The notes beneath the pieces were generated by a model that worked only from the letters and a program-made list of their open reading frames with translations, was not told the DNA's origin and did not search any database. A stretch of 62,589 bases of DNA, filler included, from Choristocarpus tenellus KU-1152 (lineage: Eukaryota; Protista; Phaeophyceae): NCBI GenBank assembly GCA_964200185.2. It is 11 parts of 11 records of this genome, joined end to end, with 100 filler letters (N's around TTAATTAATTAA, not from the genome) between each part and the next. Parts side by side here need not be neighbours in the genome. Positions count along the whole stretch, not along the records: positions 20,332 to 28,822 come from CAXNAD020004656.1; positions 28,923 to 36,348 come from CAXNAD020006179.1; positions 36,449 to 42,622 come from CAXNAD020008763.1; 8 more parts are not named here. The stretch is one strand, 5' to 3'. Below, in pieces: positions 25,117 through 39,900 of this stretch (positions are counted from its first letter, which is position 1; each line of letters starts with the position of its first letter). The position numbers and the translations under genes were made by a program.

Positions 25117-27175
25117 AAGTTGATCACTCCCCCTTGCATTTTGTTGTTAGAGTGTTCTGTAATGGCATGCGCCAGTGGAGTGGAGGGTGCAGTTATCTCT
25201 TTTACGTAACTTGTGATACAGGTAGTGTCAACATTGATGTCTTGTGTTGTGAGAAAAGTCTATCATTTAGCGTGCTTCAGAGTCAGATTTTTTTTTTCAA
25301 GTCTTTTTGTGAGATTGGGATAGAATCCACTCCTGTCTGGCACTTGGCAAGGGCCAGTGTGCCACAAATAGGCTGCTGCAAGTGACCCCAGTTTTGATTT
25401 TATGGTGATGTTACTAATACGATGCAGTATTGTTGAACTTACTAGTAATTGAGGTGCACATATTTTCCGCTCTTCAAGTCATGAAGAGATACATTGTGGT
25501 TCCAGTGGCTAGGTCACTCTCGATTTGTTTTTTTCCAGTAAAGGAGTGGGCATCCATTGTGTGTAATACATATACTTCCGTGTCTGTGTCTGTGTCTTGT
25601 TGTAAACTAGATCTCTGAGAAGGAGTTGTGAGAAGAAATGTCCAAAGCAGGGTGGATCATTGAGACATCAGAAGTGTCAATTATTGCAAAATGTGACAAC
25701 ATCCAATATTATTATTATTCTACACTTGCTACTCTGACACTTCGAAACATATACTATAGTAACTGCTACGTCCTGTAACGCTCCAGTCCGAAATATTCTT
25801 CGACAGAGTTTGTCTTGCCCCAGTGAACATGCGTTATTACTTCACAACACATTATTTCATGAGTTGACTCTGCCTAAAAATGTCCAGTTCTATTTCATTC
25901 TTGACTAAGATATAATGACTCAACACTCACTGTGTTAATGCGTAAGGTACTTCCAGTAGTAGTAAATATTTTTCCTACAATTTCACACTTTGGTTTCATC
26001 TTCTCACAAACCCGTAGTCAAATTTTGTCAAAGCAGAAGAATTCAAGCATTGCCTTCTGCAAAATTTGATGCTCCAGTCAAGGATGCATATGTGTAGCTG
26101 TGGGGTTTGTAAGACAAGAGTGTCGTCAAGGTGAAGTTTGACTTTGACAGCGGCCCAAACAGAGAGTTCCAAATTGTTGTAGGGGTGTCACGGGCTAGGT
26201 TTATCGTGTAGGAAAAAATAATCAATAAATAGTGTACTGTAAGGGATACAACAAACTACTCGGCAACTGCGAGCAAAACATTTTTGTTTTTTCGTGTTTT
26301 TTGTACTTTGGAGTTACAAAATAATTATCTGTTGATTTTGGTTGGTTTTGTTGCCCATGTTCTCTTTAATGTGTGTACCGTTTAACAGTCGATTTCAAAA
26401 ATTGAGGATTTACATTATTAAAAAAAACATATCGACACTTTATTTATCCCAGTCAATTTTGGGTCAAGCCCATCCTCAATTTTTGAAATCGGCTGTTATT
26501 TCAGGTGACTATGCCGCCATGTATGTATGTACATCGAAAATCCTGGACCATGTCAACCACTTTTTTTTGCTCCCCGAGACATGTGTATCAATTGTGATAG
26601 ATCCATCGTCACTCTTCACTGTTATCCCCTCGGTCACATACTCCTTGGCCTTCCTCGAGCAAAACATGAGCAATGGTCCCATCTCAGATATTACAGGCGA
26701 TCATGTTTCTGGCGAGGGAGAAGGGTGTAAGTAGTAAGTTAAAATCTCGTTCCCAAGAGACCCCTTGGCCTTGGAGTGCTCTGCCACTCAGTGGTTAGCA
26801 TTGAAAATTGAATTGTTTTGGATTGATTATGATATCTTGTACTTAAGAATATTCTATTTCATTTTAATAAAAACTTCTCATGGTTGACATACAAAATGAA
26901 AAACCAAACTAGAAATGGGTAGCCAACATAGAAGCGGATTCATCATCGTCATCTCCAACAGGAGATGACAGAGTCAGAGATTAACACATAGCTTGGTGCG
27001 GGTTGAGGAGGGTTGAAGTTGAAGTTGGGGTTGGGGTTTTGAAACAGATGCCGATAGCGAGTCCAACATTGCCGAATGGACTTATCTTAATGTGGCAACT
27101 CTTTTGCGAAATGATTGAGTGGATTCATGGGCTTACAAGAAAGGGTCAAATGTTCGGGTAGCCAGGTTCAAGATG

Positions 27176-27426
27176 GACCCAAAGCATCTAAGAGAGTAGA
27201 AGTTCTGCCCTGTTCGCCTGTTCCGGGTTTTTTATCCCCTTTTTCGGTTTTCTGAGTGAACATTTCGGAATTCGGAGTAGGTAACATGTTTATGACTATG
27301 AAAGGTGTGTCCAGAGCAAGGATATTGACACTTGCTAACAAACACGACAGTCAAAATTCATCAAAATCGCAGCATTGGTTTATGACCCCAACGGACACAA
27401 CCCTGCCCTCTTAAATGCTTTGACTC
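27176..27426 (+). mobile_element. MITE family A (A2 variant, diverged)
   Basis: GACCCAAAGCATCTAAGAG...CTCTTAAATGCTTTGACTC; TSD not clear. Confidence 0.82.
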
Positions 27427-29527
27427 CTGATGTTAGTAGACGATTTAATTGAATGGCGATCTGTGCAATGGCGAAGTTGCAGGTGTGGTCGTCGTACCTC
27501 ACATGTGTTCAAGACGTAGCGAGGGTCATGGATGAACTTTACGATCTTCTGCACTTGGTTTTGGCTTGTGCAGATAGATTGAAGCAAGTGGTAAACATCC
27601 CTCTAGAATTCCAACACTCGAAACATGGTTCATTTGAATCATTTTGTTCACCTGATGATGTGTAATCATCGTGGATCACAAAACTAATATACCGGAGGTC
27701 GGTCTCGACAGATAGGATGGGATAACAACATTCTACAAGTTTTCTAAGGAAAGTTGGATAGTGGATAATTGACACCACATTTCATTGACAGAGGTCTGGC
27801 TTGAATGGGGTTCGAACCAGCGAGATTCATTAAGGCAACGTGATCCTCAACCAACTACTATTTTACTATTTTCTTTCAATTGCTACAATTTTGGAGGGTT
27901 GTATCATCTCATTACTAGTAGTACCACCTCTGTAATAATATATTCTACCTCCCCAAGCATATACAACAAATAATCAACACGATGTACTATTGTACATATA
28001 ATGAGTACATATCAAAAAGCGCGCAAGCGATCCCACATGTGAGGACGACATTGAGGATTGTAGAAGTAGCAATGTACGGACTGGATAACTTGGTTCTATA
28101 TATTATTGTGTCCTCTAACATATTATACATACGCTACACGAAAAAACAATGAAAAATATCTACATATTGTATTTCATGCGTGTAGAAACCTGTGTACAGA
28201 CAGACGGAAGGTCTGGAAGACATGTCTGGCACCACTCACCTTACATGGTCAGGCAACTGGACAGCGTCTGAAGTTAGATAGATGAGCATTTCTCTACGCC
28301 CTGGAAGTTCGAGAACCCCTTAACCATCTACAGCAATTTCTGTATGGATGCGGTATTCCACGTTAGAGCAGTCGTCAATGATGCTGCTACTGCCCCGTAC
28401 CAGTAGAGGACTTTGTCACTAACAGCACGTGACCTTCCTTCACAGGGTGGAGTTCAGCAGACTGCCAACAACGGCTTCGCTGCTGCTGCTGCCAAGGCCT
28501 ACTTGATGTAGTAGTTTCAAACACTATTCATTCATTATATCTTTACTACTACTACTGATGATACAAACACACACATATATATAGCCTCCACCACTCCACC
28601 ACCAGAAGATCTCTACCGAATCTTGTATCGGAGCCAGTGAAGGCTCTGCAACAGGAGTATATCTGGTGGTATCTCGAATCGGTTGTTCCATGCTTCACTG
28701 TTCGTCATATTTTTGACATGTGTAAAGACTACAACTGGCAAACTGTTACAGGCGAGTGAGTAGCGCGAGTATTTCTTCCCGCGCTTTGACTGGCGCGAGC
28801 AGTATACGCGCGTGGGGAACCCNNNNNNNNNNNNNNNNNNNNNNNNNNNNNNNNNNNNNNNNNNNNTTAATTAATTAANNNNNNNNNNNNNNNNNNNNNN
28901 NNNNNNNNNNNNNNNNNNNNNNACTTATCACCCATACGATTTGTCGCGTTCATAATAGAATCCCTCCCCCCCCCCTCCCCCCTAGTGGAGTGCGCAGTGC
29001 CCCCTCACGGATTTGCAGTTTGTCTCGTAGTTGCCACTCAAGGTTCATCTCTACTGTTGTACACATGAAAAGAAACTATGACAAGTTTCATGTATGCTTA
29101 CAAACCCTCTGGATATTTTCTAGGTCTTGGAATTTTTGTTGGAGTTTTTTTTTACTTTTGTGATACAATCAACTCAATAGAGCTCTAGTTCATCTTTGCC
29201 CTGGTAGTCTGCAGTGTAGCAGTTGCTAAATAGGGCAGAGAAAGGACACGCACAAGCGTTGAAAACAAGAAGTGTTCATAAAAGTACCTGTTCTTTAGAG
29301 AATATTTTGTCTTACGTGTTTGGTCACTGCTGCCCTCAATGAGGCACATCTTGGTACTGCTCTGTCCCCTGGGCTTCTTACTGCACAACCCCAGATAGGG
29401 ACAGGGTCGGCTGATCACCCTTTGCTATTTCCAATTTGTACCTCCAATAAAGAGGGCATCGCGCCCCCCACCCCCACCGCCCGATGATGTTGACAACAGG
29501 TAGAGGACGCTATGAAATATTTTATGG

Positions 29528-29655
29528 ATAGTGTGTTGTTCTTGCAGCATTTAGGTTTAAGACACTGACAAACAATTAATTCCAGCGAGTATAGTGTGTT
29601 GATCTTGTAGCATATAGGTGTAAGATACTTACAAACAATGAATTCCAGCAAGTAC
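29528..29655. repeat. 63-bp tandem duplication
   Basis: ATAGTGTGTTG..CTTG.AGCAT.TAGGT.TAAGA...AATTCCAGC at 29528 and 29591. Confidence 0.8.
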
Positions 29656-30039
29656 ATACGGATATATTGATAAAACATAGGTATGGTGTTGAGGTGCAAT
29701 TGTATATTATAGTGCAATATGTATCAGCATCGGAAATGTTTAGCTCGTTTCGTCGCCAGGACACTATATTTCAATGGAAAAAACCTGTCTTGTATAGTGC
29801 AATGTATGTATATATGTGTATAACATCAAAGGGAAAAATGTACCCTACCATACTTTCCTTCTAGACATGGGGGGGGGGTTTTGCAGGCTGCTGTGAAAAC
29901 TTCTATGATTTCCACTGCCGATTGGTGTTTAAGTCATAACTACCTGTCCATCCCAATGAACGTTTTCACAAAAAAGTCTTCCCCTCCCCCCAACCCTGGT
30001 TTTGGGTTTCTCTACGCCATTCTCTGTTGACCGTCAAAG

Positions 30040-33000
30040 TGACCAACTCCAGAAACTTGCACGGGCCTACCAAGTGACTGGAAAAGAAGGTGAGAGTGCA
30101 CTTGGCACATCATGAATATGCTCCACCGGTAGCACTTTCTGTGATGATGTAGTGCCATGCATATGTAGGGAGATATAGAGACAAGGCAGACGTTCGTGTT
30201 ACCGTGTGCGTTTAGGAACGGCATCTGTTTATGCTGTTCTTGAGTGCTTCAAAACTATGCAGCAATACGAGCTCCAGCACAAATAGATGAACAGTCACAG
30301 TAAACAACCCCCCGAAACAGAGACACGTCCAGACCCCATGTGTAACTGTTTTCTTTTACTTGTGTGAGAGTCAAAAGGCCAAGAGGCGCACACAGGTGTG
30401 TGTGTCTCTGTGTGTTTGTGACTGTCGTTTTAAGCTTTTGGCGGATTTTTCACTGTTGATTAAAAGGATGGATGGAAGACGTTCGAAAATGGGCACTGAT
30501 TAGGAGAGCTTACTTCTGCAAGCTGGATGTACCCACAAAACATTCAAATGCACTCTGCTGTGGACTGAATGTTCCACAAGAGTTAGCAACAGGAAGGTCT
30601 GAGGGACCCTTGACTCAGCAGCACACCCTTCTTGTTTTCTTTTGATCCAGATTAACGCCAACACCCAAGTTAATGCACTTTCCACTTTCTACCACACTGC
30701 AGATTGAATGAACCCTCCAAACATATACTGATCTTGGTTCGCGAGCACCCACGCCTCCACTACATGATAAAACCCTGGCTGCCCATGGTGCTGTACCTAA
30801 TATCCCTTGCCCTCTTGTTGGAGCAAGTGGGATGTAGTGATAACACCTATGTGATGGTATCAACAGGAACTACCTGCCTTGTATGTAGAGACAATGGGTG
30901 GGGGGAGAGGGGGCAGGCAGGCTGAGAGAATATTTGTGTACTAAGAGTTTGGAAGAGGATTCCTGATAGTATATTCACTAGTGCTGTGAATTGCTACGAT
31001 TTGATTTAGTTGCAAGTAACTGGAACTGACAATCAAGGGGCGGTTTCTATTTGGGTTTCTTCCGGTGAATGTGTACTGTGGGTTCTGCTCGCAGAGCACA
31101 GTGACTTGTGCACCTTGATTCATGCACTGCATGCTTCAATTGAGGTTGAGTACGAAAGTTGTTTTTTTAAACGAGCCTATTTGAGTTATACTCACAAAAT
31201 GTATGCTTTTGATTCACCCCTCTGACACCTTTTCATTTGCCGCTTGCTGTTGTTCTACTAAAGACCTCCTGCCTGCATGGGTTTCCCAGAACCTGTGTGG
31301 CGGATGTGGGAGTATCCTTACGCCGGGAGTGAATAGCCGTGTCCGGATCAAGCACCGATCTAGGACCTCTCCAGCTGTCAAGAACGTGCGCAAGAAGGGT
31401 TTCAGGAAAGTCCCTGAAAAGAAGTTGAGAAGAGGAACAGGTGGCTCAGATGGGGCATCTTTCAAGGGAGATCGAGAGGGAAATAGGGGACGACTCTGTC
31501 TTAATGAACAGGTGGGTTAGTTTTAAGGGTTTGGAGAAGAAGAGCTGGTTGTAGCTACTAAGATGTAGGCGGTGACTCTGGGCTAAGTGTTAGGGTATTC
31601 GTGCAAAATCATATCAACCGCATTGCCCAATCATCTGTCTGTGACCAAAATTCATATACTTGGAGGAAGCAGTAGTGATGATCTCCTGTGTAGTTGGTTG
31701 GCATGCAGCTGAGAAGGAATACACAGGGCATATGTGGGTGCTGTGCCTTTGTGGTTCATTTGCCCAGCCTTTACCAAATTGGGTACTGTGGATTAATTCA
31801 TTTTTTATGCATGCCATCAGAATTGTTTGGTGGAAGAAAGGGCTTCAAATATTGGAATGATGCAACATTATTTTGAGTCAATGATACCATTTCATAGTTA
31901 CAGCACTAGTGGTTTTAAATGGGTCTAATGTTTGGACTAGCGGCCTACTGATTGGGAAAATATCCCAATTTCACTACTATAGAATTGATTGTTGTTCGGT
32001 ATACCTGTTGTTATTTTTAGTGATAACTGTACAAGCAATCTGACAAAAGCAGTTGTAAAGGGTATGTATAGGATGTCCTTAAAATCTCAGCTTCGGATCG
32101 ACCTCAAGACACCTCGGTATTGATACCGTTGTGTGATCAATACTTGCGTCTGTTAGAACATGAAATTTGGGAAGCCAAGTAGAAACAAACACGCTTGCAA
32201 ACTTGACATCAAAGTGTACCTAGACCTTTGTACCTAATTCAGCACAACTATTGCCTTGCCTCCGGACTGAGTGGTGCTACTCCCTTCTCAAGGTGGTGAC
32301 CTGCATGCTGTGTGAGAGTGCCAACAGGAGCCCAGGAACAGAGCGGCAGCGTCGGCACAATAAGCGCTGTAGGGCAAGGGGTCTTTCAGGGGCAGGGAGA
32401 GCAGGTGATGGTGGGACAGAGGCAGTAGGGTCATCAATGGGCGACCAACAAGGTGGGTGGGTGAGGGATGAGGGATTGAATGTGGTGTAGGTTTGGCTGT
32501 GAAAGGTTAAGTGTTGACTAAGACCGGGTCATGGGGGTGGATAGTTCACAATCTCTGTTTTATGTTGGCAATATTCGTTGGGGGGGGGGAGGGGGTTGTC
32601 TCTGCTCTATGTGACAGCACTGGTATCTGGGTCATGCCAAAATTAAGGGGACATTTGTGTGTTCTGTGTGGTAATGAGTATGTACTATGAGAAAGCAAAC
32701 ACACCTGCATCAATGGAATGAACAAAAAAAGATTTTTTATCGTGTGCTGTGTTGGATTCTTGGAGATATTATTAGGAAGGATATGGCACGTAAAGACAAT
32801 ACACATTCGTCTTGGCATCACTTCGCAGTCAAATGTGTGCTGCTCACCATGTCACCCACAATCTGTTCAGGGCCCAGTATTGACAGGAATCCTTTGGGCA
32901 AGAGACTCCGCCCTGGAACGCCACTGGGCACTTTTGTTCCCCTTGGAAGCGGACAGTTCAGTCACCGCTTGGTCATGCAAAATAATCATATTGCTGCAAC

Positions 33001-33292
33001 GGCTGGGTCTGGTGGCCGTGGCTCTTGTTCTAGCAAGGGACAAAACAGGGGTTTAGAAAGGAGGAAGGAAGGCGGAAGTGGAAGCAGGAAGAATGGTGGT
33101 AGGGGTATTGGTGGGGTTGATGCCATTGGACATTCAGTTCATGGCACTGGTAAAGGAGTAACAGTTTCGTCACCACCACCCACCTTGCTTGAAAAGCTGG
33201 CAAAGGAAGCTAAGAAGAAGAGGAGAGCCGAGGGGCTGGCTAAGGGCAGGGTCGGAGGCAAGGGTGTTGGCGGTAGGGAGGGCGAAGAATAG
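30040..33292 (+). CDS. RPP21: RNase P/MRP subunit Rpp21/Rpr2/Snm1-family zinc-ribbon protein, 5'-partial; exons 30040-30089 (tentative), 31264-31511, 32293-32452, 32871-33292
   Basis: LCGGCGSILTPGVNSRVRI ... VVTCMLC: two CxxC pairs with the typical LxPGxNxxVRI motif; phases consistent; basic Gly-rich tail. Confidence 0.78.
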
Positions 33293-36200
33293 AGGGGGGC
33301 GATGAAGCTCCTGTCATTGTAGCAAATACTTTCAAGGGGAGAGGGAGGGTGGGAAGGGGAGGATGGGCCAGGGCCAGGTGATCGGTTGTAGGGGCAAATC
33401 CTGTATAGTTAGCCTTAGAGATGTCAGATTATTTGAGGTAGTACATCAGCCCCTTCCTTTTTTTTTGGTGTCTTTCTTTCGCCGTTTTTTTTACTACGCT
33501 ACTTTTGAACAATGAATCTAAGATTCGCATTGTGCGTATCCTAACCTACCATCAATGGAATGCCAAAAGGTTACGCTAGAGGGTATGAAGATAGATGTTG
33601 CAGGGGCAAGGGGTACTGTTTGCTCAACGTTTTGTATCCCGTGTACTTCCAGGCGTGGAAGATATGATGGTCCAACAGTTTTTTCAAAATTAAACATTTT
33701 TGTTGGGGTTTCACATTTCTTGCGTTTTGTGTATGTTGCTGCATGTAGATGGTAAGTTTGTTTTGGATCCTGGTGGCAAGAACCTTCTCACTGATGAAAC
33801 AGTTAGGAAGTACCAGTTAAATAATTACAATTAGGGCATGTGCATAGAGAGCACAGGGCAAGGGGCAAGTGGCTTGCCACCAGGCAAAAAGGTCTGTGTC
33901 CCATTGAGGGGCCCTAAAAAGGCAGGCAAAACTATTTTGTAGGGGGTGCCATTGTTTGCACTACATTTTTTTGCTTCTAGGCACACCACCTTGTTATGAC
34001 GGAAAGACTTCAGCATGTTCAATTTTACAGGATAAGAAAGCAGCAGAGAAGGAGGGATGCCCACTCCTATGCCTTTCATATTTGCTTTTTTTGGAGAAAA
34101 GAGTCTATACGCTGCTGACTCCATGGCCCACACACTTCTTCAGTCCCTCCCTGAACTCACAAAGAATTTTCCCCTCCCTGGGCTTGGAGCTCTGGTGGTA
34201 GGTTCTTGTTCGTTGACTTTGAATCACCCAAATTGATCTCGACTTTAGAAGAGTCCCATTTTCCATTCAAATTGAGCATACAGCTAGATTGGGTGTTCTC
34301 CCCATGTGTTAAGCCCTTGACCTGATAGGATTCATTGGTTGTTGCCTGCTCCTTCACGAATTGCACCATCGGCTACTCAGTCGTAAGGTTGACCTGATGT
34401 CAGGCTCTAGGTCGTTTTCATCCCTCTCTTTGCAATTATCCTTTGCACCTTGAAGGCATACATATCCACCACATTAGTCTACATTGTACTCACAATGTAG
34501 GTGCTATCCCCAATGATCCTGAGAGTACCTGGGGATACTTGTGTCCTACTGTAAACGTCTATTTATTAATGATGACGTTGGTTGTGTGGTCGACATACTC
34601 CATGGAAAAAAAAGTAAAAATATAAAATCTGGTCCCTTCGATTTCGTTTTTGATCAGTCACGACTTAATCGAATCGTATTTATTCGTTACGTTTCACAAC
34701 ACCCTTTGTAATGTATTCTTTCATTCTTCGACAGGTGGATTGGTTCAGGGGTTTAAGTTTTTATATTCATTGCACTCTTTCTTTGTGTATCATGTGTGCT
34801 TATTTCTTTGACATTTAGATCGATTCTGACCATGAAGTTATTAAGAATAATATTAATTGTAGAAATTGATAAGGTGGTACTAATAGCTTCGCCCTCTGTG
34901 GTAATCTTGAATTTGTTGACAGGAACATCACAATAGATATACAACAATATATATATCAAATGAAAGGGTATGACAAGAGCTTTCAAAGGGTTGTACTGGA
35001 TTTTGTTGAAACTTTGGGGAACGGAAGCTACGTCCCGATCAAATAATGGAAAAAAACGCGGGGAAATATCTCCGGAGCAAATTTGAACGTCACGACTTCA
35101 AAATCAACAAAAATGAAGTGGTTGGCTGAACTCCTTGCAGAAACCTGGTCCGCGGTAGGTCCCTGTCCAAGTTTGGTTGGTGTGATGTTCCCGAAAAAAA
35201 ATTCAAGATTTCCGGACATCTTTTTAACGCATTTTCCAGATTTTCTGTGATTACACACACACGTGACTTACGCAGCAACGTTGAACCACGATGGTGAGAC
35301 AAGGGGAGTCGCCAAGGTTACTCTTCCCTCTGGATCTACCCTCGGCACCTTCTCTGTCGAGAGAGGCCGGAAAAACAAGTACAGTGTGAAACTGAGCACG
35401 ATGTTAGGTGACAAGAAAGTGTGAGTGATTTGGTGCAGCAGAATGATTGAATCGCGAAATGGACCACACGGTCGTGACACTGACGCCGAGAGAAAATGCA
35501 TTGAAAGCATTACCACACAAATGTGGTTGGGACTTCAACCACGTCGGAACACCGCTCTGCAGTCTCTGCCGCCTCGGGAAAGCAGGAAGAGAACAGCGAG
35601 TCCATCACCAGGTGTGGTACATTGATGAAATTTGTGGGGAAGCCAGGTCACGGTAGGTGAAGGGAGAACCATAGTGGCTGGTCGAAGGGAAGGCTGGGGA
35701 GGAGAGCAGTGTGACTATGTGCCATTGCGCTCAGGAAACGTCTAAGCGAAAGCCCAGTTATAGAATATGTTAGGAGTCAACAGTTGCAGCGGACCCTAGC
35801 TATTTGGAAGCTGTGCGACCCGGAGTGGCTTAAGGAAACGAGAAAAAAGGTGTTGGGGTTGGGCTACAAGGGCTCTGAATCCTGAAAGAAGGTAACCCAT
35901 TTCCGGCACTCAACGAGGAAATGTGATAGTTACGGCTCTAACACTGCGAATCCTATACCTGTGTATGAACGATGGGAAAGACTATCAAATTGTTTTGTTG
36001 TGAATTGTGGATTGGGTTGGTTCATCTCTTGTGGGTTATTGTGGTCAAAGAGTGGGTGCGCGAACACACAGGAAGAAAGGACGGGGAGGCTTTTTTCCCA
36101 CCTAAACCCTATACGTTTATCAAGTAATAGTGTATCTGTTGCCAGTTTGGTGACCTGCAATCCAGGGTTCGAACCCCAATATATGACCGCTCATTCTTCA

Positions 36201-36323
36201 AAAAAAGAAAAAAATAGCGAAAGAAAAACGAAGCCCGTACTCTGGAGGGCATTGTGACGGGCATCACGATATGCGTTTATTTTCTTAATCCGATGTCTAC
36301 ATCAAAAGTTGTGACGTGATAAC

Positions 36324-36348
36324 GACCCAAAGTATCTGGGAGGGGGGG
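36324..36348. mobile_element. MITE family B terminus at contig end
   Basis: GACCCAAAGTATCTGGGAGGGGGGG. Confidence 0.75.
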
Positions 36349-36815
36349 NNNNNNNNNNNNNNNNNNNNNNNNNNNNNNNNNNNNNNNNNNNNTTAATTAA
36401 TTAANNNNNNNNNNNNNNNNNNNNNNNNNNNNNNNNNNNNNNNNNNNNCCCCCCCAAAAAAAAGAAAGAAAAAAAGCGCACAAAAAAAGGTTCTAAAATG
36501 AAGAAAAAGAAAAAGCATTGAAAAAAACATTTGCTGCAAATACCATCACGTACTTTTCCAGCATTACACAAAGACTTCAAAGCACATAATTCCCCAAAAA
36601 CAACCAAGACCTCCCCCACCCACCCCCCTCCCCTCCCAGTGTCCCCCACGCTTCAGAACTGTCACCTCAGCATGTGATGGAGTAGAACCTGTTCGGAAGG
36701 CCACACCCGAACATTTCCTGTGTTATCCACACCGAAGACCCTGTGTGAAAAGATTTGTTCGAGAGTTGGTGTCCTCGTCCCCCCACTGACCTCCACCGTG
36801 TGCACCTTCACGTTA

Positions 36816-36866
36816 AACGGGAGATTCAACGGGAGATTCAACGGGAGATTCAATGGGAGATTCAAT
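36816..36866. repeat. 12-bp minisatellite (AACGGGAGATTC)4
   Basis: Directly visible. Confidence 0.9.
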
Positions 36867-37584
36867 CTTGAAACACTTCGAACATTTGATTTGCTTGCTT
36901 GGTTCTTCATCAAAAGCCATAGCAGCGAACAATTGAATAAAAAGACAACGTACATCATGGGAAATATAGGCATGGGCAAGGGGGAGACCACTAAAGGTAT
37001 ACCCTAAACGTAACTTGTACATGATGGATATGTGAATATTAAGATACATTGATTTTAACCAAAAGGTGCAACTGGTACGGGTTGAGCACTCCCCCTCCTT
37101 TTTTGTGCCAAGGATGGCCCCATGATCAGACAAGCGTCATAAACGCCTTCCTTGTGTGTATCTAAATTAAACAAACGGGCACGAGGCCAGGGGAACCGAT
37201 CGAGGTTCACATACTATAAAACAAAAAAAAGGGAAGTAAAAATTTCAAAATTTGAATTCAAATAGTTATTAAGAATAGAAGAGTAAATTAGAACAATGAA
37301 TGCACACTGAATCATCCAGAACAGGTCAGAGCAATACACTTCAACGCAGTCACTTCAAACTACGCTGTGAAAAAAAAAAAATGAAACTGTAAAAAATAGA
37401 CAAAAGGCGATGACGCGTGTACAGAGTACAGGAAAAAAAAATACAAGGGCATCAGAAGGAAGGACGAAGGCGTATTTGAGGGGCTAAGGGGTTCTTCTGT
37501 TAACGCCATACCAATGAACACAATAGTGGCATCTGATATCGTAATAAGCATGCACCACATTCCAACAAAGCAACTAAATTCTAG

Positions 37585-39900
37585 GTACTCTGATCCTGAA
37601 GGTGTGTGGCTTAGGCATGGGTTCGGACTAGGACAAGGTTGAGGACATCATCGGTTAGAGGTGTGAGTGCAAGGGGTACAGTAAAGGTTGGGGCATACAA
37701 GGTTGAGTGTTGGGCACCAACACGATCAGAGATGGATTGCCCTCCCCTGGAAGTACCACAAGCACAACACAGGGCCTAGTGCACCTTGCGCATGCTTCAT
37801 TGATCAGGGAGTGGTGCATCTGATGAAGTTTCATGGGAAAGGCTTGTATACACATACAAAGTCTGGTACCCTGTACTCCGGAATACAAAAAAAAGAAACA
37901 GTAAAGCTTCCAAAAGAAAAAAAAGAAAAGAAAATGTCAGAATTAAAAAAATATGAAAAAAAAAAGAAACAGCGATCACCTTCTTGTTATCCGGCAGTGT
38001 GTAAGTAACGAAGGATGGCTGCTCCCTTGCTCCAAGCCACCATTTCCTGTGCTTGCCCCCCCCCTCATCTGTGCTGTGGACTTCAACCAGCATCTCCACA
38101 ATGAAGGGGGATTCCGCCTCCTCCTGGTCTCGAGGTTTGAATCGTTCACTCTTGATTGAGTGATGTGCCGCCTCCATATCCATGGTCTGCAGATGTAATA
38201 GAACATGGTAAACCAGTACAAAGGGGAAGGATTGGATAAGGACGGGGGGGGGGGGGCAATTGGGGAGGTACATCTATCGGTTTGCTCCCTCGTTACATTC
38301 ATGTCAACCTACCCCTCAGCCAGGTGGAATAGTGTACCTTAACTACAATGGGAGACCTTCCTCCCCGGTCCTGGCAAACTTCTTGGCACATAGACAGGAA
38401 ATCTTCTTCAACGATGGAGGATCCAGAAGCAACACACTCAAGTAGAGCCCTGCCACACATAAGCCTGGTGTAGGTTTGTGTGTGGGACAGTGGTTCACCG
38501 AGGCCAACTATTCAGAGGGGCTAGGCGTAAGAGGAACAAGTCATAAACAGAGACATAGAGCTGGTGTAGTATTTGGCAATGGTGGGGGTGTTGCAATTCA
38601 CCAACACATGTGGAAACTAAGTTCTCCTTCACACTTGAATTTCCACTCGTACATACCTCCACTGGAGGTGAAGGTAATCTCAGTGAACATACACCGCTCT
38701 TGTAGCACGTGGGCACTTTGACCTGAAACTATATTACAACGTGCGCATAAAACTGTACTTCGTGATTCCCTTACACTAAGAGACGATATTTCTACCATTG
38801 GAAGAATTTCGAATGTCACTAGTCATTCTCGGTGACCTGAATGACTTCTCCCGTCGAAACGAAAAATGCAGTGCTCTGTTTACCTTTCCACCCACTCGTC
38901 TGCTGCGGCTGCCAGATCCTCTAGTTTTGTCTCTCCAGAAACATTGTACCGGACCTTCGGTGGCCAGGGGGCCTCCACCCTGCTTTCAGAGCGATATGCA
39001 AAGGCGGGGCAGTTCAGCATCAGGGCGTATTACCTTGACAGACCTTGGCAACCGGTGCACAAGTTAACGCCTTGCTCCTCCATATGCAGCAGTCACTATC
39101 ATAATGTCACTGCTTCAGCCTCATTCTTACTCCACGCGTGATCTTGTCAAGGGAAGAAACCGTAAGGCAAGTGGGATCATGTGGGAGGGAAGCCTGGGCC
39201 AGCAAGGATCCAGTCTACTTCAAGGTAACAGTATGGCTCATGAGAGACTAATCAGTACAGAAGAAGAAATATCAACGGCTTCCAAGGTATTGTACGTAAA
39301 GGCACGTCAAACACCCCATCAAATCCCCTCACTCGACCCACAAGATCCATCAAACTCGACCAATTCACCTCAGTCCAGCACGAACTCAATTCATGTAAGA
39401 CAAAACGAACAGCGCGGCAAAGGCTAGATAATGAGCAGAACCCAAGGAACTGAAAGCGGTGGCAGATAAAAGACCTCATATCCTGCCTCGCTGGCCCTAC
39501 GCAACCTGTGAGGTTGTGTACACACATCTCACCTAGGGAACATTTCAAATCCTTCGTGACGGTTGGTCGATGCATCAGCACCCGTTCCTGTCTTATTTGT
39601 TGCCTCCCCTTTTCTCCTCTCGGTTTCCTCAGCGACATCGCTCCTGCTGATATTTCGACTATCCTCTTTTTGCAGCGCAGACAAGAAAGCCTGACGAAGG
39701 ATCGCCCATCGCTCTTTTCCTCGTTTACTCATCCCTGCCACCCTCTTTTCTGACTTTCCTATATCCTGTACTTCCAAGGGAAATTTCTCCACATCTGGCT
39801 CGATGTCTTCTTCAGACTTATCCTTCCTTCATTTATCCATTTCCTGGTAACCTGCGAGCTCAATTTCCACCTGGTATAGTATCTGTGGCAACTTCAAGTC
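37585..39900 (+). pseudogene. Degenerate copy of the unidentified multicopy coding family
   Basis: Stop-interrupted exon-like blocks; motifs EGLGVRG, HQHMWKLSSP and KARQTPHQIP resemble GGLGLDG, DHCAWRRLTP and NARQHPHCLP in contig 1; MORN-like LRHGFG and KFHGKGLYTHTKSG. Confidence 0.4.

Noticed and set aside
37800-37880. HGKG as a Sola2 transposase motif
   Set aside because: Lacks the following DGxG; context fits a MORN-like repeat better
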